A stretch of DNA of 64,000 nucleotides from an uncultured Pseudomonadota bacterium (GTDB lineage Bacteria > Myxococcota_A > Polyangia > Fen-1088): assembly GCA_963847705.1 (NCBI GenBank), contig CAWKBC010000029.1, positions 128,001 through 192,000 on the forward strand, read 5' to 3'. The position numbers were made by a program, and so were the translations under genes. Each line of letters starts with the position of its first letter. Positions within the stretch are counted from its first letter, which is position 1. A model generated the notes under the pieces. The model saw only the letters and a program-made list of their open reading frames with translations, made no database searches and was not told the origin of the DNA. Shown here piece after piece: positions 8,888 through 17,517 of this stretch.

Positions 8888-11800
8888 CTAGTTACTCGTA
8901 AGCAGGCGGCGCACGTCTGGAACCTGGAGCGCTTTATACTCAACGCCAAGAAGAGTGCACATTCGCTGTTTGAGCGCCCTGTCTCCTCCAAACAGGTAAA
9001 AGTGTTCGACTACAATTCGCCCGACAGCGTCACGCGCAAGAGCGTTGTCCTTGAGATCCCGAGCAAGCTCCTTAACCAGACCTTCGGGGAATGTCCCATT
9101 ATTCTCCAGCGCGATCGCCACGTCGATAAGCCTCACTGCCACCGTCGGCGAATCAGACAGAAGACGTTCGTAAGTTGTAGTCAGCGCCGGCGATCCCACC
9201 GACGATGCAACTCTTTTGACCAGGCCGAATGTCACCATCCTCGCGAGCATTACCAGCGTGGCCTGCGCCCGCTCTCTTACCTCATCATCTTTGAACGTTG
9301 GAAATCGTTCACGTACCATTGCGATAACGTCCGCGACTATCTCCTCTTCATTGTTTTTAAGCAGACGAAACACCATCCCCAGCGCCCGAAGCCCGATGCC
9401 ATAACATTCCTTGGCGATTTCGAATTTCGTATCCGCCTCGAGCGATCCAGGAAAGTTCTTGAGGCTCTGCCCGAGGACCTGGAGAGTCTTCAGCGCTCCG
9501 TTCATCCGCATTATCGGGTCGACAGCCGCGCGCGCCGGATCGATTGCATCTCCGTCGCGGTCGTCCTCCGCCTCCGTCCCTTGCACATGCTCGTCTCTCG
9601 CAAGCGCAAGTTCGCGCCTCGCGTCCGACACCGCCTTCTCTTCATAGACCAAGTCACCAACGAGTGCCTCGAGGTCATTTATGAACCCAACGTCGTCCGC
9701 CAAGCGAGCCGAATCAATGTCGCTAAATGAGTCACGTGCCGCGTTCAACATTTCCCGAACGATAGACGGGTCTTTCGACAGATGGGCCAAAAACAACATG
9801 ATATTCGCATAGCGCGTCCGATAGAGCGCACGTGCCATCGTCTTTATTTCGACCTGGATATCCGATCGCGATATGTGGTCGCGCATATAGTTGGCGGTGA
9901 AATAGTAAAGGAGATAGCGATGCTTAAACTGATATCTCTCACCCGACTTGCTTATCACTCTTTGATCCATCAGTTCATCACGAACCCGCTCGAACGGACG
10001 CTCAATTTCATACCGTTCGACATACTCCGCATTGATTCGACGCCACTCGTCTTCAGCTAACTCGGTCACTCCCATGCCATGCAGACGATGCGCGAAAAAC
10101 GACAAATACCCGACTGCGATATCGTAGTCGCCCTTCGACCTGTTCTTCGACAGCGCCAGCCGAACGAACAGCTCGAAGAAATAGCCGTGGGTACTAGCAT
10201 TTGTATCAATTGGCGTGGCCGCCTCCGCGCCTTGCAAGATCGCCAATATGTAGATCGGGAATGGCGGAACAAAGTTCTTGCCCAGGATGACATCTAGCTG
10301 CCGATCGATTTCAACGAGACGTCGAGCAACTTCAGGACCGTCAGCATCGTAGTTATCTGACAGCGAGAACCACTTCTCGATCATCTCATTTCTTTGAACG
10401 CGCCCGAACGGCTGAATGTGATAGTGAGAAAACGTCGCGTCGCCGGACGGGCGCATGACGTCGGTTAGATTCTGGGCGACGTCATCGGCCAGCAAAACGA
10501 CGGTGTCGGCCAGCATTGCCAAATTCGACACAAAAGCGTGTCGCGCCTTTCCGTTGAGCGGGATCTTATGGAAATCGTCCACGATGATGGCCTTTTTTCG
10601 CCGATCGTGCTGCGAATATCGATCCAGGGATCCCGGTTCGTACTGTTCCGAAAACTCTCCTTCGACGTAGCGCGAAAGCCCGTCGCTCTGTGGCGGGCGG
10701 CGCTGGCCTCGTAGCCATACGGGCACGATTCCTTGGTCGAGAAGCCTCGAGAAGAGCATTTTCCCCAACGAGGTGCGTCCCGACTGACTTTCACCGGAGA
10801 GGAGCAATTTTGGTTTTTGCTTTAGCAAACCAATAATCCCGTCTGCCTTTACTAACTCGCCTTGCTGTTGAGTCAGCAGTCGAATCTCACGAACGTCCGG
10901 AAACACAAACACATCTGAGAGTTTCAGCACACCCCGGTCGCGATGAGTGAGGTCCACCCCCGGGGATTCGATGAACTCTATCGTCTTCGGCTTGAGCTGA
11001 AACTCGCTTCCCTTTCGGTGCCGTGTTCGAAAGCCTTCCCAGTCCTTGGCGGAAGCCGCGAGGTACCGCTCGCCGTTCCACTTGACGCTGAGGACCTTCT
11101 GCTTTTGGGCTGTGGTGTCTACGAGGATGAGGTTAAAGGCGCTTCGTGTTGGATCGTCGCGATCCTGCAGCACGTGGCCCTCGACGTAGGAGACGTCCCC
11201 CGAAACTGTCTCGACCTTCCGATGCGAGTGCTCGTGTTCGTGCCCGGTCAAAATCACGTCGGAGATACGCTCCAATTGCGAACGAACGACGCGGGCATTC
11301 GACGGTTCGAGCCAGTTCATCGGATGGTGGAGTAGCGTTACGACGACATCTTCCCCTGCCTTTTCGGCGACAGCGTGAGGAGGGAAAAACAGAGAGCCGG
11401 GTCGTTCCTGGCGCCGGGACAGCGAGGCCGTATTGCAGCACAGAAAGCGCACCGATTCCCCACCGGCCTCAACGGCAATCTCGTATGCGATACGTGGATC
11501 AAGGGGCCCGCTCGGCCGCCTTGCGGGCGACTGAACTGAATCGAGAAACTCAAAGAAATTGTCCTGGGCTTTCAGAAGGACCTGCCACATCGACGGATCA
11601 TTTATGCTAGACGACTCCCGCAACATTGCGTCAGCGACATAGCCACGAGCTCCATCAACTTCTGGGAGTACACAGTCGTGATTGCCGGGCACCACAATCA
11701 CCGACACAGGGACCGACGTCCCTGTACCCGGCTTCGCACTCAATGTTGAGGCTAGTTCCTTGGACAGCCAATCGACAAGCTCCTCGGCGACGGTAAACTC

Positions 11801-11968
11801 CTCGTCTCGGCCAGCCTGTACGACGTCGCCTGTAATCGCCAGGACAGCCGCATCCAGACCATATTCGGTGTTTTGAATTGCTTGAACGATTGCTTTGCGA
11901 CGCGAGAGGACGGGATCCGTCTCTGTCGCGAGATGAATGTCGCTAAGGTGAACTATTACAAGTTTCAA
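8888..11968 (-). CDS. Calcineurin-like metallophosphoesterase-STAND/NACHT-like NTPase-helical C-terminal domain protein (putative antiviral NLR-like)
   Basis: HLSDIH, TGD, PGNHD, LHHP and TGHEH metal-binding motifs; Walker A GESQSGRT; Walker B IIVDDFH. TTG start at 11968 after GGAGG; lower GC than the core genes. Confidence 0.88.
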   Translation of the reverse strand: MKLVIVHLSDIHLATETDPVLSRRKAIVQAIQNTEYGLDAAVLAITGDVVQAGRDEEFTVAEELVDWLSKELASTLSAKPGTGTSVPVSVIVVPGNHDCVLPEVDGARGYVADAMLRESSSINDPSMWQVLLKAQDNFFEFLDSVQSPARRPSGPLDPRIAYEIAVEAGGESVRFLCCNTASLSRRQERPGSLFFPPHAVAEKAGEDVVVTLLHHPMNWLEPSNARVVRSQLERISDVILTGHEHEHSHRKVETVSGDVSYVEGHVLQDRDDPTRSAFNLILVDTTAQKQKVLSVKWNGERYLAASAKDWEGFRTRHRKGSEFQLKPKTIEFIESPGVDLTHRDRGVLKLSDVFVFPDVREIRLLTQQQGELVKADGIIGLLKQKPKLLLSGESQSGRTSLGKMLFSRLLDQGIVPVWLRGQRRPPQSDGLSRYVEGEFSEQYEPGSLDRYSQHDRRKKAIIVDDFHKIPLNGKARHAFVSNLAMLADTVVLLADDVAQNLTDVMRPSGDATFSHYHIQPFGRVQRNEMIEKWFSLSDNYDADGPEVARRLVEIDRQLDVILGKNFVPPFPIYILAILQGAEAATPIDTNASTHGYFFELFVRLALSKNRSKGDYDIAVGYLSFFAHRLHGMGVTELAEDEWRRINAEYVERYEIERPFERVRDELMDQRVISKSGERYQFKHRYLLYYFTANYMRDHISRSDIQVEIKTMARALYRTRYANIMLFLAHLSKDPSIVREMLNAARDSFSDIDSARLADDVGFINDLEALVGDLVYEEKAVSDARRELALARDEHVQGTEAEDDRDGDAIDPARAAVDPIMRMNGALKTLQVLGQSLKNFPGSLEADTKFEIAKECYGIGLRALGMVFRLLKNNEEEIVADVIAMVRERFPTFKDDEVRERAQATLVMLARMVTFGLVKRVASSVGSPALTTTYERLLSDSPTVAVRLIDVAIALENNGTFPEGLVKELARDLKDNALARDAVGRIVVEHFYLFGGDRALKQRMCTLLGVEYKALQVPDVRRLLTSN

Positions 11969-12683
11969 CGTGACCTCCCAGGGGCTAGGGACGGAGGAGA
12001 TGATTCCTAAGGTGGATAGACTCGTCCGAGCGCCGTTCAAATGGCGGGCTGAGCTGCGGGTCCCGCTACATTTCATCAATAGCTTGCTCGTTGGTCAAGA
12101 GATAGGCGGCGGTTTGCGCGTTTTCGGGCCCGCGCATTTCCTGCCTCTTGGCCAAGGGCCGGACACCTCCCAGACTCAATCCCCAGACGTGATACGATGC
12201 GCTTGGCTATCAGTTGCGGCTCGCAGCCAAAGGGGCGAGCTTGAAACGAATCATGATCTCGGGCGTGATGGCTCTCGCAGTTCGGGTCAGGGTAGGGACG
12301 TACTCAAAAGCCCTCGCCTCCTCCAGTCGAGCATCGGGGCTGCTGTTCACACCACGGCGGCGAGTGCGGGTGCGATAGCGGTCATGACAAGGGCTGCGAC
12401 GGCACCGTTAGTCCTACCTGCGGCTGTGACTAATATAGGCGTCCCAAGCCTCGCTGAGGCTCGACGTGCTGGCCCGATGGTGGCCCCCGTACTCGTTCGT
12501 AGCGGGCGTCGCTGCTGCGCGCGTGCCACTGAAGGTAGCGGCCTCAGATCGCGATCCTTACGGCCATTCGTTTACAGCCGCGTCGCGCCAAGACAGGCTG
12601 TGTTCGTCGAGCGGATCAGGCCGCCAGATCTCGGGACACCGAAGCAGGATCGCTGAAGAAGCGGGCGAGCCTAGCCCCGTCTC

Positions 12684-12705
12684 TGTGACCCCATCGGGAA
12701 TTGAA
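12684..12705 (+). repeat. att core, left copy (22-bp duplicate of the tRNA-Glu 3' end)
   Basis: tgtgaccccatcgggaattgaa is identical to 27016..27037. Confidence 0.95.
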
Positions 12706-12921
12706 AGCACCCCAAGCGTCACGAAACGGAGCGAGGATCTGTCATCTCCGACGGAAAACCGAGGAACGAGGTCGTCGAAAAGGCGCCTCGTCGCGCTGAG
12801 CGGTAGCAAAGTAGCAAAAATCGCTGCAATTGCGCGAAATGCTGTAGAAAATTACGATCTGACTCGGGCAATCGAGGTACTAGAGGAGCTGCGGCGGCTC
12901 GGCGAAGGGCGATCGCGCTGA
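12706..12921 (+). other. Displaced alternative 3' end of the integrase gene (71 aa), in frame after excision
   Basis: The att core reads VTPSGIE in the same frame at both junctions. The frame continues STPSVTKR...RAIEVLEELRRLGEGRSR to a stop at 12921. Confidence 0.8.
12803..12818 (+). promoter_or_regulatory. Putative integrase arm-type sites (GTAGCAAA x2)
   Basis: The same octamer occurs three times at 26949..26979 on the other side of the att core. Confidence 0.7.
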
Positions 12922-13068
12922 AGGCACTGAAGGCCGCGATCCGGTTGCTAGAATCCTTCAAGGACGCGCCGGAGAGCCCCCTCGGTGCCACGCGCAGGTG
13001 ACGAAGAATCGGGACACGGCGCGCAATCTATAGCGCGAACCCCGGCTCTGCCAGCGCGGCCGTGCGAT

Positions 13069-13902
13069 TCAGGCCGCCGGCCAGTGAATGGCTACCCAGG
13101 CGTCGATCTCGCGCCAGGCATCGGCGTTGAGCGCGTCGTTGTGACCGACGCCCGGCACCAGGAGTAGCTTCTTCGGTCCCGCGAGCGCGCGGGTGATGCG
13201 TTCGGAGTGGGCGGGTGGCGTCTCCCGATCGTTAGCGCCGTGAATGACCAGGACCGGGACCCGAATCCGGGCGGCGGCCGCGGCGGGATTCACCTCATCG
13301 GCGCGGAACCTCGCCTCCGCTTCGGCGAGCCGGAACGCCTCGTCGATGTTGCCGCGGCTGGCGAAGAAGGGCGCGCGCTCGGCGGCCACCGTGCGCAGGT
13401 CCGAGAACGCCGAGACCGCGACCACCAGCGCGATCCGCGGATCGTCGGCTGCGGCCTGCAGCGCGACCGCCGCGCCAAGCGATGCCCCGAGCGCCAGAAC
13501 CGGCCCACCCCCCACCTTGTCGATAGCTCGGCTCAGATCCTTCTTCTCGTAGAACCCATACGTGCAGGCATCGCCGCCCGACTCGCCGTGGGCGCGGCTG
13601 TCATAAGCGAGCACGTCGAACCCGAGCGCGGTGAAGTGCGCCGCCACGCCGATCCCCGAGGCGCGGTTATCGCCGACGCCGTGCAGGTAGACGACCAGGC
13701 CGCGGCGCGGCCGCTCGGTGCGAAACAGCCAACCGCGCAGGTGGACCCCAACGTCGAGGTCGACGTTCTCGTATTTCGCTACCGGCACCTGGGAGACCGG
13801 TCGCCGCGGCGGGTGAAGCAACGCGTTCGCCGCCCAGGAGGGCGGCATGCACGACGGCAGCAGCGCCGAGACAACGACGACGGCGACCCGAAGAGAGCGC
13901 AA
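13069..13902 (-). CDS. Alpha/beta hydrolase (serine aminopeptidase S33-like), probable lipoprotein
   Basis: YLHGVG, YDSRAHGES, GASLG nucleophile elbow, HGANDRE and GHND motifs. Start is uncertain (TTG 13902 gives LLPSC). Confidence 0.85.
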   Translation of the reverse strand: MRSLRVAVVVVSALLPSCMPPSWAANALLHPPRRPVSQVPVAKYENVDLDVGVHLRGWLFRTERPRRGLVVYLHGVGDNRASGIGVAAHFTALGFDVLAYDSRAHGESGGDACTYGFYEKKDLSRAIDKVGGGPVLALGASLGAAVALQAAADDPRIALVVAVSAFSDLRTVAAERAPFFASRGNIDEAFRLAEAEARFRADEVNPAAAAARIRVPVLVIHGANDRETPPAHSERITRALAGPKKLLLVPGVGHNDALNADAWREIDAWVAIHWPAA

Positions 13903-14212
13903 CGCGAGAACTCTACCGCGCGCGCGTGGAAGACGCGATCTCAGTGCGGCGTGATACGCGCGACCACGTCCAGCCGGGTCCGGGCCCAGCCGCGGCGGAG
14001 GACGAGGGCGCGGTAGGCGCCGTCGAGTTCGCCCTCCAACGCCGTGAGCAACTTGTCGGCCTCCGCGAGATCGCGCGCGGCCACCCTCCGAGCCGCTCTC
14101 TTCTTTCGAGGTGCTCGTTCGCCTCGGTCGTGTTCCAAACACGCCTGATCAGCTCGTTTCCTGTCAGACTCGATCCGAACCTTGTCGCATCGTGGCTCGC
14201 GCGCCCTCGGCC

Positions 14213-14740
14213 TTACTTGCTGTAGATGCGTAACGGCGGTGCTGAGGCCTGCGAGACCTCGCGATAAGAACCCTTCAGACTGCTTTCTCCGAACCAAAAC
14301 AGATACCAGATCGGGCCCTTGATTGTTGATCGGGTCTTATCGGCGGCGGTCCCGACCGCAACAATCCACCCCTGCCATCGCAGCACAGAGTCGAGTAGTC
14401 CAACCCCGAGGCCGAGCTCGACGGGCTTGCCACGGTAAAAGAGGCGTCCGTCCCTTTCAACACGAACGTCGCTTCTCGCAGACTTTGCAGCATCGTTTTC
14501 TTTGATCATCTTCCAGAACTTCTGGTCGTCGAGGAACTCGACGCCATCGACGACTTCGACCGCGCGTTGCTCCTTTGCGTCCCATCGATGCCCGCAGCGC
14601 CGCAGCGCCGGCACACCGTCGATGAATTCGACCGAATGATTGCTCAGCATCAAAAACGCCCGGTTGGCTGCAACGCCCGCGTCGGCCGTCCCTGACATCA
14701 TCACTGCCGCTCCGAGCAGAATAGCGACATGCAGTTCCAT
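14213..14740 (-). CDS. Signal-peptide protein, putative Rhs immunity protein
   Basis: Starts 12 nt after the Rhs stop with RBS GAGGAGG; Sec signal ending ADA. Confidence 0.65.
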   Translation of the reverse strand: MELHVAILLGAAVMMSGTADAGVAANRAFLMLSNHSVEFIDGVPALRRCGHRWDAKEQRAVEVVDGVEFLDDQKFWKMIKENDAAKSARSDVRVERDGRLFYRGKPVELGLGVGLLDSVLRWQGWIVAVGTAADKTRSTIKGPIWYLFWFGESSLKGSYREVSQASAPPLRIYSK

Positions 14741-14752
14741 TAGCCCTCCTCA

Positions 14753-17245
14753 TCACTTGGCTGGGTGGTAGTTCCAACTGAACAGCAGGGGCCCAAACCC
14801 CCAATAAGACGCAGCCGGATCGTAGTTCATGGGAATCCCCGCCGCTGTAGCAAACCAGTGCGCGAAGTAGTTGCTGTTGGTTCCCGACCAATCGTACGTC
14901 AGCTTCTGGGCATTGAACGGATCGATAAGTGCTTGAAAATCCTGGAGCACAACGGGCGCGGATCCGTGAAAGAAGACCGGTGTGCCTGGGGGGTTCTCGT
15001 TAACGAAATGTTTGGCCGCATCTCCCACTGTATCATACTTGTTGGCAGTAGCATAGAGAGTGCCCCCCTGCCCGTTCTTGTCGCACCCGGAGCATCCGGC
15101 CTCGATGAGAACGGCTGTGCCATCGTCCGTCTCAATTATCCAGCCGGCGTGTGATGCGTCGAAGAACGAGACGATGAGCTGCTTCCACCACACGAACGAG
15201 GACGAGTCGATCTGGCGCGACATCAAGAGCGCAGTGCCGGTCCTCGGGATAAGGCCGTTGCAAGCTGGGTCACCGGTCTTACAAGCTATGAACGTGCCGT
15301 CGTGCTTCTTCGCCGCGTCGGCCCCCTCGCCGTTGCCCTGCGACAGCTGAATCACCTTCTGTAGGCCCAGCGTTGCGGCCCCCTCCCCAGCGCTAAGGAG
15401 CGCGGCCCCCAGAAGATCGTAACCTGAGACGTCTCTTCCGGACAGCCCCTCGGACCAGGCGGTCACGTACGCGGCCGACGCCGACCCGAAAATAAGGTTG
15501 GCCAGTGGGCTGCCGCCAGGCCCCCCGAACTCTACGCCGCCTACGAATCCCAGGCCGAGCCCGAGCGCAGTCGTAAACAACGTTTGGGCAACTCCCGCCC
15601 CATCCGATATTGCGATAGCGGCATTGAGTGCCGCAAATTCCAGTCCAAGGGCCAAGCAGCCGACCTCGGTGGTTGCACACGCCACTATGGACGCGGCTAC
15701 CTCAATATCGGTGAGCGGATTGCCGAAGACAAACTCGAAGTAGTTGCCGAGCTTGCTCCAGAAGTAGCCCGTCGGGTCGTTGTACCGGAGGGGGTTATTC
15801 CCGACGTAACTGTAACGGTTGTAGTTCTGAAGGTCGTCTGTGAACTGGACATTCGGATCTGGTGAGAGAAAGCGAGCGAGCACGGGGTCATACACCCGCC
15901 CATTCATGTTCACGAGGCCGACGTCCGGGATCTGCTCTTGTCCCGTGAATTCGCGGTCTCCGGGCGGCAGGGGGAACGACGCCGGATCCGCGAGCGTCCC
16001 GTCGGGATTCCGCCGGGCCCCCCATGCGTCATAGCTCAAGACGGTGGCGCTGGTTCCAGCGGACTGGACGCTGGCAACCCGGCCATTGTCGTCGCTCATG
16101 GAGGACACGGAGCCGAGGTGATCGAAGCTGTAGTACTTGCTGTCGGTCGGCTGCCCGTTATCGTCCAGAACGCGGAGCGCGAAAGCATTGTCGTTGTGGA
16201 GGTTGCCCGCGTAGATGAAATGTACATTCTTGGGTGTGGCACCGGGAGTCGTCGTTCGCTCGTAGAGACTCTTTCCCGTGGCTCCCAGACCGACGTACAC
16301 CGTCCGCGTCGTGACCCCTCCACTCGTCGCGGTCTGAAGGACGCGGTTCCCGTCGGCGCCGTACGCGAAACCGACGCTGGCGCCGCCGCTGCCGACGGTT
16401 TCGATGGTCGTCACCTTGTTCGACGGGTTGTAGCCCACCGAACGGCTCCCGTTCGAAGTCAGGTTGCCATTGTCGTCGTAGGCGTAGGCCGTGCCATTTC
16501 CCACGGTGCAGACGGCGTGTGGTCCGGCCGTGCGGCCTCCTGCCTGACAGCCCGAGCCGTAGGTGTAGTTGTTGTTGTCCTTCTGGGTTAGGTTGCCCAC
16601 GTTGTCGTAGACATAGGATTTACTGACGGGCCCCGAAGACGTGAAGGTCACGGCGTTCGTGAGTCGGTTCGTGAGGTCGTAAGCGAAACTCTCTTGCGAG
16701 ATGTTTCCGCTGGCGGCGTCGTTCCGGTTTCGATTCAACAGGTTGCCGATCTCGTCGTACCCGTACCCCTGACTCTGGATCACGTTGTCGTGGTCTGCGT
16801 GGGCCGTCCCTGTCGATGCCATCAGCCATCCGGTGATCGAGTTGCGCGTTGAAGCGATCTCGACGCCGTTCTTCATCTGCTCGTCGATGACCTGGCCGAG
16901 AACATTCTCGGCCTTCGCCTGCCACAGCACCGAATAGTCCGTCGACTCGTCGGTCAGGTACTGAAGGTAGCCCGAGCTCGTATAGTGATAGCCGACCGCA
17001 AGCTGGCTGGTGTTCACCACAGGGTAACGAATCAAGCTCTGCCGCCCCAAGCCGTCGTACTGGTAGGAGGTCGCGAAGGAGGTGCCGTCGGCGCACTCGT
17101 CAACCTCTTGCAAATCACCCAGCGGCGTATAGACGTATGACTTGACGGCTACCTGGCCGCCGTTACCCGGCGCGCCTTGGGAGAAAACAAAGACCCCGAT
17201 TTTCGATGAAATCCTCGGCAGGCAAGACTCTCCTTCTTCGAGCAT
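14753..17245 (-). CDS. 5'-truncated (orphan) Rhs/YD-repeat protein with a C-terminal toxin domain
   Basis: YD repeats; core FTGQEQ..VGLVNMNGRVYDPVLARFLSPDP...NRYSYVGNNPLRYNDPTG; hydrophobic linker; distinct C-terminal domain. The start looks fortuitous and homology appears to begin near 17150. Confidence 0.88.
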   Translation of the reverse strand: MLEEGESCLPRISSKIGVFVFSQGAPGNGGQVAVKSYVYTPLGDLQEVDECADGTSFATSYQYDGLGRQSLIRYPVVNTSQLAVGYHYTSSGYLQYLTDESTDYSVLWQAKAENVLGQVIDEQMKNGVEIASTRNSITGWLMASTGTAHADHDNVIQSQGYGYDEIGNLLNRNRNDAASGNISQESFAYDLTNRLTNAVTFTSSGPVSKSYVYDNVGNLTQKDNNNYTYGSGCQAGGRTAGPHAVCTVGNGTAYAYDDNGNLTSNGSRSVGYNPSNKVTTIETVGSGGASVGFAYGADGNRVLQTATSGGVTTRTVYVGLGATGKSLYERTTTPGATPKNVHFIYAGNLHNDNAFALRVLDDNGQPTDSKYYSFDHLGSVSSMSDDNGRVASVQSAGTSATVLSYDAWGARRNPDGTLADPASFPLPPGDREFTGQEQIPDVGLVNMNGRVYDPVLARFLSPDPNVQFTDDLQNYNRYSYVGNNPLRYNDPTGYFWSKLGNYFEFVFGNPLTDIEVAASIVACATTEVGCLALGLEFAALNAAIAISDGAGVAQTLFTTALGLGLGFVGGVEFGGPGGSPLANLIFGSASAAYVTAWSEGLSGRDVSGYDLLGAALLSAGEGAATLGLQKVIQLSQGNGEGADAAKKHDGTFIACKTGDPACNGLIPRTGTALLMSRQIDSSSFVWWKQLIVSFFDASHAGWIIETDDGTAVLIEAGCSGCDKNGQGGTLYATANKYDTVGDAAKHFVNENPPGTPVFFHGSAPVVLQDFQALIDPFNAQKLTYDWSGTNSNYFAHWFATAAGIPMNYDPAASYWGFGPLLFSWNYHPAK

Positions 17246-17517
17246 ACGGGTGAAGAGGAAGCGTCTTGGTAGGGGTCGGGCGGTCGGGATGGCGCGTCTC
17301 GGCCAGGAACGACCTCCAGTGCGCTTGCAAAGTGGTGTAGAGGACGATCTCTTCTGGGGCGGTACCGGTCATAGCTGCCAGGAGGGAGACGAGGCGCCCC
17401 TCGGCGCGGCACCAGGCGCGGCCACCCCGATTCATCGGAAGCGAGCCGACCAAGGTTTCGTCCTTGGCCGCGGTACCGCCCCGAATGGGTCCCGCGCCCG
17501 GTACAGTGGCGACGCTG

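Larger units (their letters stand above)
7357..8891 (-). mobile_element. IS630-family insertion sequence with a passenger gene
   Basis: Imperfect terminal IRs ctagtacacgagatcccaagttcctatcc (from 7357) and ctagttcgtgagaccgaaagttcctgacc (reverse complement from 8891). CTAG (TA target) at both ends. Confidence 0.9.

Noticed and set aside
6262-12079. Canonical CBASS, Pycsar or Thoeris operon
   Set aside because: No CD-NTase, pyrimidine cyclase or ThsA-like gene is recognisable nearby.
11970-12656. 228-aa ORF upstream of the STAND gene
   Set aside because: No recognisable motif or RBS, and it overlaps the presumed promoter region of the opposite-strand gene.
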